NCBI RefSeq assembly: GCF_006345805.1
Contig: NC_043000.1
Coordinates: forward strand, 144,212,001-144,276,000
DNA: 64,000 nucleotides
Source of the DNA: Octopus sinensis
Lineage: Eukaryota
Direction of reading: 5' to 3'
The translations under genes were made by a program, and so were the position numbers. Of the stretch, positions 38,282 through 52,869 are shown piece by piece. The notes under the pieces are model-generated. The model ran no database searches. It was not told where the DNA came from and was given only the letters and a program-made list of their open reading frames with translations. How positions within the stretch are numbered: the first letter of the stretch is position 1; each line of letters starts with the position of its first letter.

Positions 38282-40664
38282 TTAAGTATATATATACTTA
38301 AATGTGGTGTCTTCGCAACGATATATGTAGGGACCGTCGTACTCATTACAGTACTCTCTGCCACCGATGTGAAGTATTAGGGGTTCATTAATTTATAAAC
38401 TTCAATATAAATGCTCTATTTGCTTTATTTCTGCGTTTTATATAATGTCGATATAGCTTACACTGCGTTTAAACTGTATTATCAGGTGAACATAAATAAA
38501 CGATAATCAATCTATACTGAAATACTTTGGGGCAAACTGCAATCAACCGATATGACAGGAAGCATCGTTTATGTTGACACTTTTCGGTTCATTCTTTTAT
38601 CTTGTAATATTCGTTTAAAATCGATTTGAAATGACATTGTTTCCCCCTTTTCTCAAAGGAGAAACTTTAAGGATTAATAAGAATGATGTATGCAATTTCC
38701 GTAATTTGTTTCAGAAATCATCCTGCTGAGACCATGAAAGAAGCTTAAATATCCTACAATAGGAATAGAACAATTTAAAATATGAATACTTTCAAGCTGC
38801 AACGTCACGTGAAAGTACAAGCAGTAGACTTCTGACAGATAAGAGTAATATGTGAGCATTTTCTATAATTATCTCGTTTGAATCTACAAATTTGACTGCA
38901 GAGTATAATGTCCTTATTTCAAATAAATGTATTTTGAGAGATACGGCTGAAACCTGTATCATTAGAATGAGCCTAATTACCGTTTTCCAAAGCATTTACA
39001 TTGACAGCCTACTTCCGAATAACCTTACAATTTCGATGATATATTTTGATAATACACATGGTCCCACCAGTGCTTAAAACGTTATTAAATATTAAAAAAA
39101 AAAGAAGAAAGGAAAAACAAAACATGAATTAGGTTCTTGTTTCCCGATCAGCACCAAAGCCATTGTAAGCAGAAGGAATAGCAGCTAGCGTTTGATAATT
39201 TAAATGGTTATGCTAACTTAATATGATAGACTGAATATGGCATATTGCTATTTTATTTGATCAGTAAAGTGAAGTAACTCATTTGATGTTCATGGTAGCC
39301 GTTAGCATCTGTAAGTATGAATGCAAAAAATATCTATGTCATAATCTATTTTCTTTTATGTGTTGATAAATTTATTTAAAAGGGAAAGCTTAAAAAAATA
39401 AAGTGAAAGTTGTTACATAAGGCGGCACGATATGACAACATGAAAGAGTAAATTCATTGACAGAACGATTAAATATTAGAAACATGTGCGCAATGAATAT
39501 TACATATGATGATCGCATCTCTGGAACATAGGAGAGTTATAGTAGAAGTTTCAAAATACGAACTTTTGCCTAGTCTTTTAGATATGACTTCAATACTAAC
39601 AAAATGTAAGTATTATGTGATATACATCAAAATGCACCTATAATCATAATTACACATTTATCATAAATTTACAAATATCATTGCAAAATATAGAGCAGAT
39701 GCATGTGTGGCTAAATAACATTAACCCGTAATCATAGATTATAACGTTTACGATTGTGGTTGATCATCACTGATCCTCCACCGAAAGGGACATATTTCCG
39801 TCGTGAACATACATTTACATTGTAACAATACCCTATCTAATCATCTTATAAGAACTGTCCTTTCATTTCAAAGATGACATTTGTGGGATATGTTACAATA
39901 AATTCTTCCAGGTACTATGATAACATGCAGCTTATCGCGTCGTTGACAAATATTATAAATGAGATTGTATTCCAAGATGACAAGCACTGCACTTTACATA
40001 TTTCTTACTGAACCTTTTCATTTGGCTCGAAATTGAAATGCTGCGATATTCTTTAATAGTTATTTTTGAAGACATATTAGATACCTGAATATAATTCATA
40101 ATGATCCGAACCAGTGAATATACTGTAAGCATATTTCACTTTTAATAGAATGGAGTCATATACCAACACAATCGAGAATATTGATACAGCTTGATAGTTC
40201 AAGTTGAGGAAATCCATGAATAGCATCTTTCATGGAATGAAATATACTAAACATCAAGCAACATGTCCAGTCCTTTGAATGTGGCCGACTGGGGCACACC
40301 GCTTTGGAGGGCTTCCTCGACTAAACCGACTACCAGCGCTTACAATTATAAGCCTGCTATTATTCTAGCGATCTCTTTTGCCCAATTGCTAGATTATAGG
40401 AACATAAGCAAATAAATACTGGTTCTTAAGCAGTGATAGAGACAGACACGCATTAAAAAAACAACGCACACATAGACGCACTCACACACCCGCCCACGCC
40501 TGGCAACGGTGTTTTCTACGAAAATATTTTAAGAGAAAGAAGAGATGGAAGCGGTCCTGCGACTAATGCTTTCGATAAGAGTGAAGTACAGCTAGTTACA
40601 TATATATATGTATGTATATATGTATGTATGTATATGTATGTATATCTGTATATATATGTTATAT

Positions 40665-40762
<98 letters not shown>

Positions 40763-41007
40763 CGTGTGTAATGTACTTACAAAAAGCTAAAAATGATCAT
40801 AGGGGAATTACGATAAATTTTATTTATGAAAGCTTTGACATCCTCTATGTTCCAAAGAGAAATCTTAGGTGTTCATTAATTGAACATCTTCAGAAGTATA
40901 GTTAAGGCTTGATGGAAATATTATCGGCGAGAATGCAAACATTGAGATAATGTTTAATTTCTTAACTTCTTAGATTTAAATACAAAATAGACTTAGACAT
41001 ATATATC

Positions 41008-41228
41008 TACGAGGCGTGTGCTGAAAAGTTCCTGGCTTCAAGATTATCGCAAAAGTCCTGGCTGGAGGCCTAACATCCAGGTTTTGTTACAGAGCTTTGA
41101 GAGACTGTATATCTGCTGCAATAAGTGTGTGAATCTGAGAAGGGAATGTGTTGAATGAAATCATAGTTAACTGAACCTCTTGTATTTTCTTTTAACCAAA
41201 GCCAGTGAATTTTCAGCACAAAATGGTA
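41008..41228. mobile_element. Mariner-derived MITE
   Basis: TA at both ends. TIR core gtgctgaaaagttcctggctt versus aagccagtgaattttcagcac (18/21 match). The interior resembles a mariner 3' end. Confidence 0.8.
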
Positions 41229-42084
41229 TACATATAACACTTAAAACAGAATTACAATACCACAACACATATGGTGAGGCTAGGACTCCAATCTATATAT
41301 GGAGACCTAAATTTTAAAACTCAGTTTCCTAGTAGAATTTGTACATAATGCGTAAGTACAATGAAGGTGCTTATGAACTTTAAGTGGTGGGTGGGTCTTT
41401 GATGCCTTTGAAGAATATAATTAGATTTAGATTAAGGGAGTGTGTCACACAGTTAGTAATTTTATTTGAGAAGTGTGTGAGGAAGATCGTAATCTAAAAG
41501 ATGAGTGTAAGACTGAAGGCTGTAAACTACAAGTGACTTGGTATTGTATAGTCCGTTACTAGTAAAAAGAAGTCTGATTCTCGTCATCACACCAACCATA
41601 ACTTTAAAGATATACTAACACATTACAGTACACAGTGATACAAAGTTAGGTGACAAAATAGCATACTACATAAAGTTCCTCTGAAAAATAAATGATTAAT
41701 CTTTTAGTCAATGCTCATACCACAACAAAATGCAAAAATAGCAAGCATACAACATTCATGGGGCTGTTGGCAATGAAGCCTAACGATGAAAATAAATTAG
41801 GTAGTAAAACCTAACGTACATTCGACTGTAGTGAAATAAATTAATACCCGGCTGCTGGTACGGAAGCGTAACAGTCAAAAATATGATTTGACATAAAGTC
41901 TACGCGAAATTGAATATTATGAAATAAAATACAAAAGCAAAATCTATTTCATATTCTGAAGGTGAGCATATTAATGTCCAGAAACGTTGATAAGGGATAT
42001 AGTTGCTGTTTTTCCAATCAAATTAATTAACATATGTGGATATACGATAAATATGTAATAAAACAGGACTAAACTGGAACAGAC

Positions 42085-42120
42085 ATATCTATCTATCTAT
42101 CATACGTATCTATCTATCTC

Positions 42121-42194
<74 letters not shown>

Positions 42195-42195
42195 A
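42085..42195. repeat. (TCTA)n microsatellite
   Basis: Visible array. Confidence 0.95.
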
Positions 42196-42393
42196 CTCTC
42201 TCTCTATATATATGTATAGAGAGAGAGAGAAGAGAGAGAGGGAAAGAGAGAGATAAACATTCATTCATTCATACATACACACATAGTAACTATACTACAC
42301 GCACACACACACGCATACACGCACGCGCACACGCACGTATATGTACAGAGAGAAATATGTGTGTGTGTGATTGTGAATGTATGCATGTTATAT

Positions 42394-42446
<53 letters not shown>

Positions 42447-44489
42447 AATAAATGCATACATATACATATATACATCCATATGCATACATACATAAATACA
42501 AACATATATATATATGTATATAATTTTATATATATATGTCTACCTGTCTATCTATATACTGGTAAAAAAAATATGACTTTCTCAGTCTACGTTAATATAT
42601 ACTCATTCTTCAACTCATATAAACATACTTATACTTAGATGCAAACATACAAAATTACAACAGTCATATACATAATATTTTTGCATACCATGTATTTTCA
42701 ACTCATCTATTTGGAAGTGAATGACTTCTGACGTTTGTTATTCATGACATATTATATTCGGATAAGGCATATAAGGTTATGAAGGCAACTGACACCCAAT
42801 AAAATCCATGAAGTTTTTGTTGTCATACCAACCATACATCAAACATAAATAAACACCTAAGCTAAAATTTACATGATACATCCCAATGCAAATTGAAAAA
42901 CCATGTCTTAGATTCGCTGCTTTCTATAAAAATAAATCATATATTCTTCACTGGCCGACATCTGAAAGGATATCTAAGTAAGTGAACTTCTGTAACTATG
43001 TTAGATAAAATATTTTCGAATATCTGACTGGAAATAAATTGATTTTTTTTTTTTTGCGGTTTTTCCTGAATTATTCCATTACAATACTACTGAACTGCAT
43101 AATCACATATTGCAAGGGGAAAGTGATGTATGCATTGATACTGAGAATATGTATTTGTCTCATATAAGCGTACAACAATAAAGGAACACATGCAGATGTG
43201 TATATCTTTCTCTGTGTGTACGTGCGCGTGCAAACGCGGATGTGTGTGTGATCGTATATTCATTTTACTTATATATGTATCTGTTTCTGTTATCTAGTTA
43301 TTTACCTATACATTTATCCCTGATTATTTTTCAGTTCATCCATCGATCAACCGATCGAGATATCTCTCCCCCACACCCATCATTCCATCTATGAGTCTAT
43401 TTATTTGTGTAAATTTCTTTCCTCCATTTCTCAGACATGATAGTTCCGAAAGCAGTGCATCTACGTAGAAAGCCTTATAGTATTCATTTCATTTCTTCGA
43501 AACAATGCATAACAGAGCTTCCCACTTTTCTTATGCGACCCTTCCATCTTTCTCTTCTATCTCAATAATTTTCTACTGGAATACATACCACATTTGTTTA
43601 ATGTATGTGTCTTTGTCTACACGGAATATCTTCCAACAACACTTACTTTTAACACCTCTAATGTGATGAAGAAAATTACCTCTTTTATCAACTTGAATGT
43701 GCTACTCCCTTTAAGTATCGACATGCAGTGATAAAAACTGTGGCATTTTGCACTGTCTTATATATTGGAGTTATTCACCAATGCAATACTTTGATCACGA
43801 GAAATATGGTGCAAAAAATCATCTTCCTTAATAGTCTTGTCTGAATTTTCTACCTTAGTAGCAGAAAGGTACAATCCATACACATCCAATGAACATGAAA
43901 ATTAAATCCAAAGAAATAAGGTTCTCTTATAATGCTAAGGCTGCTCTATTAATTTTGGTTTCCATTTTGATTTTATTCTTTGAAAATATCCTTTAGTGAG
44001 ATATTCCTGAAGGGGATGCTTTTGATTTTGTCCCTTTCATACGTTCCCATATATGTATATAATTCTTCCGTGCTTAACGGGTTTATATTCGCATTCCATT
44101 ACTCAATCATTGCAATTTGTTTTTTACATTTCGAAGCCCGTCCCGAGATAATTGCTAATTACATTTACATTTAGTTTGAAATAATGTGTTTAAACTCATT
44201 CACAACTTAGTCATAAATCTTTGAGTCATCCAAACATAGAGTATGATCTACATTCTTCATTTCTTTCCTAATAAATGCCATTCCTTAGCTTTCTTTAGAA
44301 TATTAATTTTAATAATATAAATAACAATATTCTTATTTTAATTCTTACTCTTATCGTCATTATTTTTTCTCTATCACAGGCTTTGTTGAGGCTCATGGTG
44401 TCTTACATGCCTAGTGGGTTAGCTACTTTCAGCCTTCGGCATCATGCTATCCGTCATCACCATCATCATCATTACCATTCTGAAAGACC

Positions 44490-46130
44490 CTCGGATGGTT
44501 CTTAATTACCGGTTGTTCTTTACTTGAAAGCAGACAATAACAAATCACCAAAAGTTTCAAGCAGTGTCTTCTCCAGTGGCTCAAAGAAAAAATACTCTCC
44601 TTAGAATGCGAGCTGTACCCAACAATGCTGTCTTCTGGATCACTTCGAACCTAACAGGCTCCAGTATTGTTAATATGTTTTTCAAAGCTCTTGGAAACTG
44701 CACCTAATGCTCCAATTACCACCGGTGTCACCATTACTTTCCTCATGCCCTATAACGTTTTTATCTCATCCCGCAGTGGCTGGTATTTCTCACAAATTCC
44801 ATGCCAATATCTTTGCTAATCATCTCCACTGTTGCCGTCAAACACTCAATATCTTTCTCAGTCTTAGAAAATCGCTTTGGGTCATCAATAAACCACAGTT
44901 TCTTTACTTTCACCCTGCCTAGCATGATCCCCCACACATCTTTCGTAAAACGCTTGTTAGTAACAGTATGCAGACAACAAATAGCAGAGGCGACAGACTG
45001 TCCACTAGAAAGAATCCTCTTTTGATATTCACCTCTCCCAGCATATCTCTCCACACTGTGAGTTGCCATTGAGTTTTGTATTAACTTCGGGATATTGTGG
45101 GAGACTTTAAGCAGTTTAAGGCATTGAATAATCCGTAAGTGAGGGACTATGTCATGTGCTTTCCTGTACTCCACCCATACCATCACCAAATTTTTGTATC
45201 TCTTCTTGCAGCCAGCCGGGATAGCCTTATCGATTAGTAATGGAACCTTCGTTCCTCTGCTCTTACGTCTACACCCCTTTTGTTCTACTGGTAGTAGGTC
45301 GTTCTCATCTAGGTAATTATAGATGCTGTTCGATATGACGGCGGTCATCAGTTTTCACATTATTAGCAAATAAGATATTCGCCGAAATTTCCGACCGCAT
45401 TCCATTTACTTGTGTCCGTCTGGCGTAGTACCGTTATTCCTTTGTTATCCAAGCCGTTACTTGTATGTCACCACTCAGTATTTCATTCTGCTGTCTCGCA
45501 TTCTCCTGTGAAGGGCTGTCAAATTTTATATCAATTAAGCACCACTGTGGTATACTTATTAAGATGTTGGATTGTGATAACGCCCATTTCAGTATACAGT
45601 ATAGTTAGTAAAACCAGTAAAGACACGTATTTCTCTGACCATCTACTCTGTATTTTGGTATGTCACGTACTTCTCTTTACATATCGTGACTAGGTTATTC
45701 AATTTGTCACGTGGGAGGGGAGTATCATTATTACTAATTCCCTACAATATCTCATCTTTCAAGCTTTTCTTAAGAAGCGCCATTTTATTTAGCAATAATT
45801 TTCTTTTATTCAAGCCCACTTCCCTTTTGGGACATTCTTCGTACATTTTAATAATCTCTGCGTTTGGCATCTATTTTCAGGAGCTTTTCCACTCGCACGT
45901 CTCGGTTCATCACCCGTAGTAGCGCTGCTACTTGGAATGTATCGTACAACCTTCCCGTAGGTTCCTCAAACTTCTTTGGTTCGCTTTCCAGAAATCTCTT
46001 TATTAGTTGGTTCTTGTATCTCTTTTGCATGTCTTTTCTACGTTTTAGCCAATACATCATTATACCAATGTAGTTTGTAATTACGCCATCTTCCCAAATA
46101 TAATTTCCATTCTTTATTCCCACAAATGCA
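44490..46130 (-). mobile_element. Decayed, internally deleted R4/Dong-clade retrotransposon
   Basis: YLDENDLLPVEQKGCRRKSRGTK..LLIDKAI, WVEYRKAHD, FIDD..KDIGMEF is joined directly to EKYQPLRDEI..VIGALG..IQKTALLGTARILRR. Confidence 0.85.
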
Positions 46131-46179
46131 CCTTTTCACCAAGATTAAATAATTTTGCTATGTTCTCCCAAGTACTTTT

Positions 46180-46500
46180 TTTGCCAGGTAGTAATTAATG
46201 AAAGACTGATTTTACTTTCCTCGCAAGCATCAGCTCCGCCGGTGATCTACCGGATAGCATATTCGGATTTGGTGTCACATGGTACACTCTTAAAAATTGT
46301 TGTAGAGCTACCTCATCCGTGATGTCCTTATTTGATTTTCTAACAGCTCTTTTGAATGTATCGACAAATCGTTGTGCCTGCCCATTGGATCTGGAATGAT
46401 ACGGTGTAGTAGTTACATGTTTCATAAAGCTTTTTAAGTTCGCTTGACACAAATTGCGTTTCATTGCAGACACTTTGTTGTCTGGGACGCCAATAATATT
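46180..46500 (-). mobile_element. Ty3/Gypsy integrase core fragment
   Basis: TTPYHSRSNGQAQRFVDTFKRAV..FLRVYHVTPN..SPAELML, typical of K02A2.6-like integrases. Confidence 0.85.
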
Positions 46501-46849
46501 TCCTGTTCATCGTAGGTAATTTTTCATTACGTTTTGGCTTACATAATTATGTTCCACTCTATATTACTGTCATTTTTATTTCAGTCCCGCAGCTGTTCCC
46601 AATGCACATATAACTACCCGGATACCTTTTCCTCAATTATCATAGGCTCAGTATCTTAATAGCAAATTTCTGGTACGTTTTGCTATACTTCTTTCATTAA
46701 TTTATCATCATTTCCGACTGCAAAGTCAATTTTTTGGCACTTTCTACTATCGTTATCTACTACTACCAAATAAGAATTAATAGTTAAGACTATTTAAGCA
46801 TTCTATGTAATCAAATTCATCCTATAGTTGCCGAAGTGTTTTCGGGTGG

Positions 46850-47230
46850 GGGGCGTAATCTCTCAGAATTATAATGCACCAGTTCATACAGCTAAAGTTG
46901 TTACTGAATGGTACGAGGAACATTCTAGTGAAGTTGAACATCTTATCTGACCACCACAGTCTCAAGACCACAATCTTATTGAACATTTATGGTGCGTTTT
47001 AGAAAAACATGTAAGAAGTCGCTATCCTCCATCATCATCACTACAAGAACTGGAGACTGTTTTAGTTGAAGAATAGGCAAAAATCCTTTGTAAACAATTG
47101 AAACATTGTACAAGTTCATACCCCTTAGAATTCACGCTGTAATTACTGCCAAAGTTGGTCCTACACCATATTAAAATAAGTTTGTTTGAAATTTTAAGGT
47201 GTTTCCATTATTTTTTCCAATCCCTTTAGG
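46850..47230 (+). mobile_element. Tc1 (DD34E-type) transposase 3' remnant
   Basis: YNAPVHTAKVVTEW..xPPQSQDHNLIEHLW..SLQELE. Confidence 0.75.
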
Positions 47231-47907
47231 TACCACATCCAATATAAATCGTATATGTCTGGAATGCTTACGTGTTTCTCTACACTTAGCAGTTAACTAC
47301 GAGTCAAAACAACAACTAGTTTTTTTTAAGTCGGATATCGAAGATTGTCATATTCCATCAAACTTTGGGTAGAGGGTGATATATCTTGTAGTGATTTTGA
47401 AGCGGTAACTTGAGAAATGTAATTAGCAGAGTAACAAAGGAGAGAAAAAAAAGGAAGAGAAAGAGGCAAATGGTGAGTCAGAGAGGGACAGAGAATCAAG
47501 TAGTGAATATAGACAGAAGGACAAGATGGAGAAAAAGAAGAAGGAAATTATTGGAGAGAAACTAAGACGGAGGGAATAAGAGACAATATAAGAATAAAAG
47601 GAAGAAATAACGAATGAAAGATATAACATCATGATGTTTTAAGTATCAGGATTATCTAAGTATCAAGTCACCATAACAATAATACTTATGTCGGAACAAA
47701 TAATATAAACTTTTGTTTATCTTAATTTTTCTTACATATGCCCAGTATTTCATAACTGTAATAATAAAGCTAAGTATATTAGTTACTTAAACACGATACG
47801 GGTCGCAAACCGGAATATGATAATCTACGTTTACCTCCAGATGTAACAGTAGTAGTCGTCCATTTATTTTTTTATTTATACAAATACAGGTACGACTGCT
47901 GCTGTTA

Positions 47908-47953
<46 letters not shown>

Positions 47954-48040
47954 TATATATTAAATTAGAGACATAACCACTATTAGGCAAATCATACAAT
48001 GAAAAACTTAAGCCAATACATAAGATTATTTAATTTATAT

Positions 48041-48096
<56 letters not shown>

Positions 48097-48768
48097 TATA
48101 TATAATATATATATATGCGTGCGTTTATATGTGTGTGTTTAAATATATACATGGAAACATTATTGCTTGCAGATGAAATTTATGGGAATGTTTTTCTTTT
48201 TTCTTTTAACTAAGACCCCTGTACTAAATTGATATTCTGGTCATTTTCGCACGCCAAATATTCCCATAAGCATTGTATATACTTATACTTGGTGTTATAT
48301 ATTTTGTAAATTATGTTGTTTTTATTCGATTTATTTCGTGATATTTGAATATATAAAGTTATATATTATATTACTTTGTAATAAAACTAAATCATATTGT
48401 ACATTTATTTTATTAGATTACAGTTTTTAAATTCCTCCATTTTGTGATGCCTTACCATCATGTGTAAGAGAACTGAAGATAAAACTTTTAGTAGATGTGA
48501 ATTTTCCAAAAACACACGGCGTCAAGAATTTACAAACTTTAGCAAATAAATTTTAAAAATAAACCTGGGACAATTATACAAACCTGCGATTTTCATAACT
48601 CTTTGTTAGAATTGCATCTCACTCATTGTTTTATAAACCACTTACAATTTCTAAACTTTTAAAAGTCATTGTTGCCACGTTTTATGTTTTAATATGCAAC
48701 ATATAACAATTTACATAATTGAGGTTTAATAAATAAAATTTGAAAATTTTCCAAGCATCTCCGATTGC

Positions 48769-48769
<1 letters not shown>

Positions 48770-48799
<30 letters not shown>

Positions 48800-48908
48800 A
48801 ACAACAACAACAACAACTACTTCTACTACTACTACTACTACTACTACTAATACTACTACAACTAATACTACTACTGCTGCTGATGTTGTTGCTGCTACTA
48901 CTACTACA

Positions 48909-48961
<53 letters not shown>

Positions 48962-49070
48962 TACTGCTGCTGCTGCTACTACTTCAAATAAAACTTCTAC
49001 TATTACTGCTGCTACTGCTACTACTACTACTATTACTACTACTTCTACTACTACCACTTCTACTACTTTG
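48770..49070. repeat. (CTA)n/(CAA)n/(CTG)n compound microsatellite
   Basis: Visible array. Confidence 0.95.
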
Positions 49071-49226
49071 AATATTGAGGTGTTCGTTTCCTTAATGTTC
49101 TTATCGGTTTAGATCATTGTCAATAATGTGGGACACAAGCTAAATATTTATCTATCTATACATCTAACTATATATGCACTTTATGTGTCTATCCATCTAC
49201 CTACTTATATATATATATATATATGT

Positions 49227-49267
<41 letters not shown>

Positions 49268-49305
49268 TGTGAGTGTGTCTGTGGTTATATATATATATAC
49301 ATATA

Positions 49306-49501
49306 TATCTATACAATTTGTTACATTACTCGGTAGTCAAGATAAAACTCTGAGTTTCAGATGCCGAAGTGGAAATCCACAAAACCATCTCTTCGGTTGT
49401 AGCCAGATAACCGAAGAGATGGTGTTGTGGATTTCCACTTCGGCATCTGAAACTCAGAGTTTTATCTTGACTACCGAGTAATGTAACATATTGTATAGAT
49501 A
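49306..49501. repeat. Near-perfect palindrome (family H2): 93-bp arms, 10-nt spacer, 2 mismatches
   Basis: 49306-49398 is the reverse complement of 49409-49501. The element continues about 65 bp further on the right side only. Confidence 0.95.
49405..49467 (+). ncRNA. Variant type-I hammerhead-like motif (U4C, extra U before GAAA)
   Basis: agauaa-CCGAAGA-[gauggug..gugg-auuu-ccac..cggcauc]u-GAAA-cucaga-GUU-uuaucu. 6-bp stem I, long stem II, near-palindromic stem III. Confidence 0.55.
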
Positions 49502-49818
49502 AATTTCCTCTATTTACATAATATTGAGGTCTCTTTCTTTCTTTTGTTATCTTACCGTTTTATCAATATATACATATATATATATAAACACAGACATACA
49601 TGTGTATATGCATATATATTTTATACAAAAACCTCACATGCATAAACCACGCTACCAATAGTTTCACGTAATTTGGTTTCCATGTACGTGAAACTATTCA
49701 ACATAAATTATCTGTAAAGATAGCATTCCTGATGAGACAAGATGTATAATATACATCACTTAATATATCTACGCATATGTATATATAAATATATACATAT
49801 ATATATATATATATACAT

Positions 49819-49856
<38 letters not shown>

Positions 49857-49881
49857 ATATACATGTGTGTATGTATCTTTG

Positions 49882-49931
<50 letters not shown>

Positions 49932-50199
49932 TATGTATACACAGCATGTATAAATATTAGTCCTGATTATTAGTTCAATGAAAGTGTAATCTATAGCAAT
50001 ATGAAATTTTGGCATATTAGAATAATTATCAATAAACGTCATAATGTTTATCAGTTTTAGGAAATCTAATTAAAAAATTTTCATTATCAAATATTCACTA
50101 ATTTATTATTATTTTTAGGTATACTAAGCAAGAATCTTTCATCATAACATTTTAACAAATTTATTTTTATTATTTGATTACTATATATGCATTATAATT

Positions 50200-50435
50200 T
50201 TATCATGATTTTAACAATCAGTAATGCTTTCTTATTTTGGTTTGGGTCAGGTTCGGTTTTATTACTGGTAAAAGTTATGTGGATAGCGGTTTTCTACCTC
50301 TAATCTTAGGTATCAGCAAGTTTTCAGTAGGCTTTTAAGCGCTTAGAACCCTCCTGATTATCCTGGTGGTCCCTAAGAGGCACATTTTTGTAGGAGCTCT
50401 CCCGGGCATTTTATTTTAGTTTCATACAGCCATTT

Positions 50436-50482
<47 letters not shown>

Positions 50483-50528
50483 GCTACTACTACTACCACC
50501 ACTACCACGAGTACCACTACCACTACTC

Positions 50529-50561
<33 letters not shown>

Positions 50562-50565
50562 ACTA

Positions 50566-50597
<32 letters not shown>

Positions 50598-52650
50598 ACT
50601 ACTACAACTACTACTACTAATACTACTTATTACTATTATTATTCATCTTTGCCTTAATGTTTGAGATCATCCATGAATAACAAATGGTTGACTATTTATT
50701 GGCGGCTTTTGAATATATACCCAGATTTCGCTTTCCTCAGAGTCAGTGTTAGTGGTATCAAGCACAATACAAAGATCTGTGAGGACAGGCAGTTCCCTTG
50801 GAAGATGCCCCTCCTGATTTCTACTGTCCCTAAACTTCTTCCGTATGCCGTTAGGTCCGTCCTCCAATTCGCCATACATTTTCCAAGCAATCGCTCTACA
50901 ATCGATCATACATTCCATCATCCAAGAACGTGATATCATATCGTACACCTTACGATAGTCGATCCATGACATGACTAAGTTATTTACCTCCTCTTGCAGA
51001 CTCTAATTCCAGTTTTGTCTATGAAGAATTGGTCCATGCTAGCCCTGCACCAACACGTGCAACACTACTGCTCATGGGCAGGACACATTTTTTCCAGATA
51101 ATTGTACATTGACTGCAAGTATTCCAGTCAATAATTTCCGCATAAGAGGCAAACAGGATATCGGCCTGTAATTGTCTACTGTATTGACTTTTTCGAATAT
51201 TTTTCGAGCACAGCACTGTCCTACACAATGTGAACCACACTGGTGTTACTTGGTCAGCAGTTAACAAGGTATTGAGTTGTTCAGCCATTCCTGCTTGACA
51301 TTCACCAAATCCTTTCATCTAGTAGACTTGAACTTCATCTGGTCCCAGGGCATTCCAGTTGCTCATTGTTTGCTGATTTCCTTCATTTCCCTAACTGAAA
51401 TAACTGGTTCTGCCTGTTTGGGGCAGTCTACTATTTCTTTTAGTTTTTGAAACCATTCAACACCCTTCGTGTGCTCCTTGTCTTTGTTCCAGATGTCACT
51501 CCAAAATCTTTGACTTTCATTGTTATCTGGTATCAACTTTTCATTTGTACACTTTCCATTTATTTCTTTATAGAACCGCTTCTGATCTACTCTGAATAAC
51601 CTATTCTGGTGGTGACTCTTCATTTATGGTCGTATCTTACAAACTTTTTTCTTTCTTTGCAATGAGGCGCTATTTCAGTTCCTCCATTACCACTTTCAAA
51701 CCCTTTCTTTCAATATTATACTTACTTTTCAATGCCATGTATTTTTGTTCGCTTTTAAGCCCCCTTTCCATTTTCGGTCTAACACATAAATGTCCTTCGA
51801 GAGCAAGTCTAACCCCATCTGTATTTTTTTCCGACATGGATATTTTCTTTTGTCACTCCCATTACGTTTGTTTTTCTTGATATCAACACCCCATTTTCTA
51901 CTACAACATTACTTGCTGCTTTGATCAAATTATTTGTTTCTGTGATGTTATTTGTTCTGATGTATTTCAGAATTTCATTGGCAATTTCGTGTATACTGAT
52001 ATTCACGTCGTTGAATCTTTGAATTTCTGAATTCAATTGTCTCGTTTCTATAAGAGGTATGTTTACATAATTAGGTAGTCAGGGAGAATAGAAAGATAAG
52101 TTTCATACAAAATTTAATATATCAAAATTTTCTTGAGATGTACGTTTGTCTGTCCACTTGGAGAATACTGTAGTGTTGTTTCAATGGAAACGATGTTTAT
52201 ATATTCGAATACACAGGGAGAGATTAATAGAAAAAAAGACAAGGGCAATATTTTCACAGAAAGTTATATAAAGTAAGGTTTGAGATTTACTAAATATGGT
52301 CTTTTGAATGTCCTCACAGAGAGAAATAGTAATGTACTTAGAATAAAAACGATGTTTACATTTCCGAATAAAAAGGAAGACAGGAAAGGATAGGTATTCA
52401 CAGAAGTTGTAGATATCAAAGTTTGTTTTTCTTACATTTGGTCGTTTGTGTGTTCTAAAGCTGTAGATATGGAAGATTCCTAACTTATTATTGAGGGATA
52501 TTTAAAATACTCACAGAAAATTGTATGTATTCCAGTCTTTGGTTTAATTTTACCGTTGCCCTGCCGGGTTATATTAGTGGCTCTGTGTCTTCGGCTGCTG
52601 ACTAGTGGTCAGGGTAACCATGAACACGCCCAGCTGCTGTCAAGGATGGC
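50200..52650 (-). mobile_element. R4/Dong-clade retrotransposon with both ends; the post-RT region is replaced by a (TAG)n tract
   Basis: The 5' end abuts (AAT)n at 52650. NNITETNNLIKAAS, QNRLFRVDQKRFY, WIDYRKVYD, GIFQG and NHLLFMDDLK are followed by the microsatellite at 50435-50630, then CLLGTTRIIRRVLSA*. Confidence 0.85.
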
Positions 52651-52833
52651 GCATTATTATTATTATCATTATTATCATTATTATTATTATTATTATTAGT
52701 ATTAGTAGTAGTAGTAGTAGTAGTGGTAGTAGTAGTAGTGGTGGTAGTAGTAGTAGCAGTATCATTATCATTGTTGATGCTGTTTTTGTTGCTGTTGTTT
52801 TCATTATTGTTGTTCTTCTTCTTCTTATTATTA

Positions 52834-52868
<35 letters not shown>

Positions 52869-52869
52869 G

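Noticed and set aside
48689-49112. Thr-rich or Val-rich ORFs (and all YI/IY, HT, poly-N, poly-L and poly-I ORFs in the track) as proteins
   Set aside because: They are translations of microsatellites.
52560-52650. HDV-like ribozyme at the 5' end of the R4/Dong copy
   Set aside because: A 3-bp P3 can be drawn, but P1 and P1.1 partners are missing. A covariance-model search is needed to exclude it fully.
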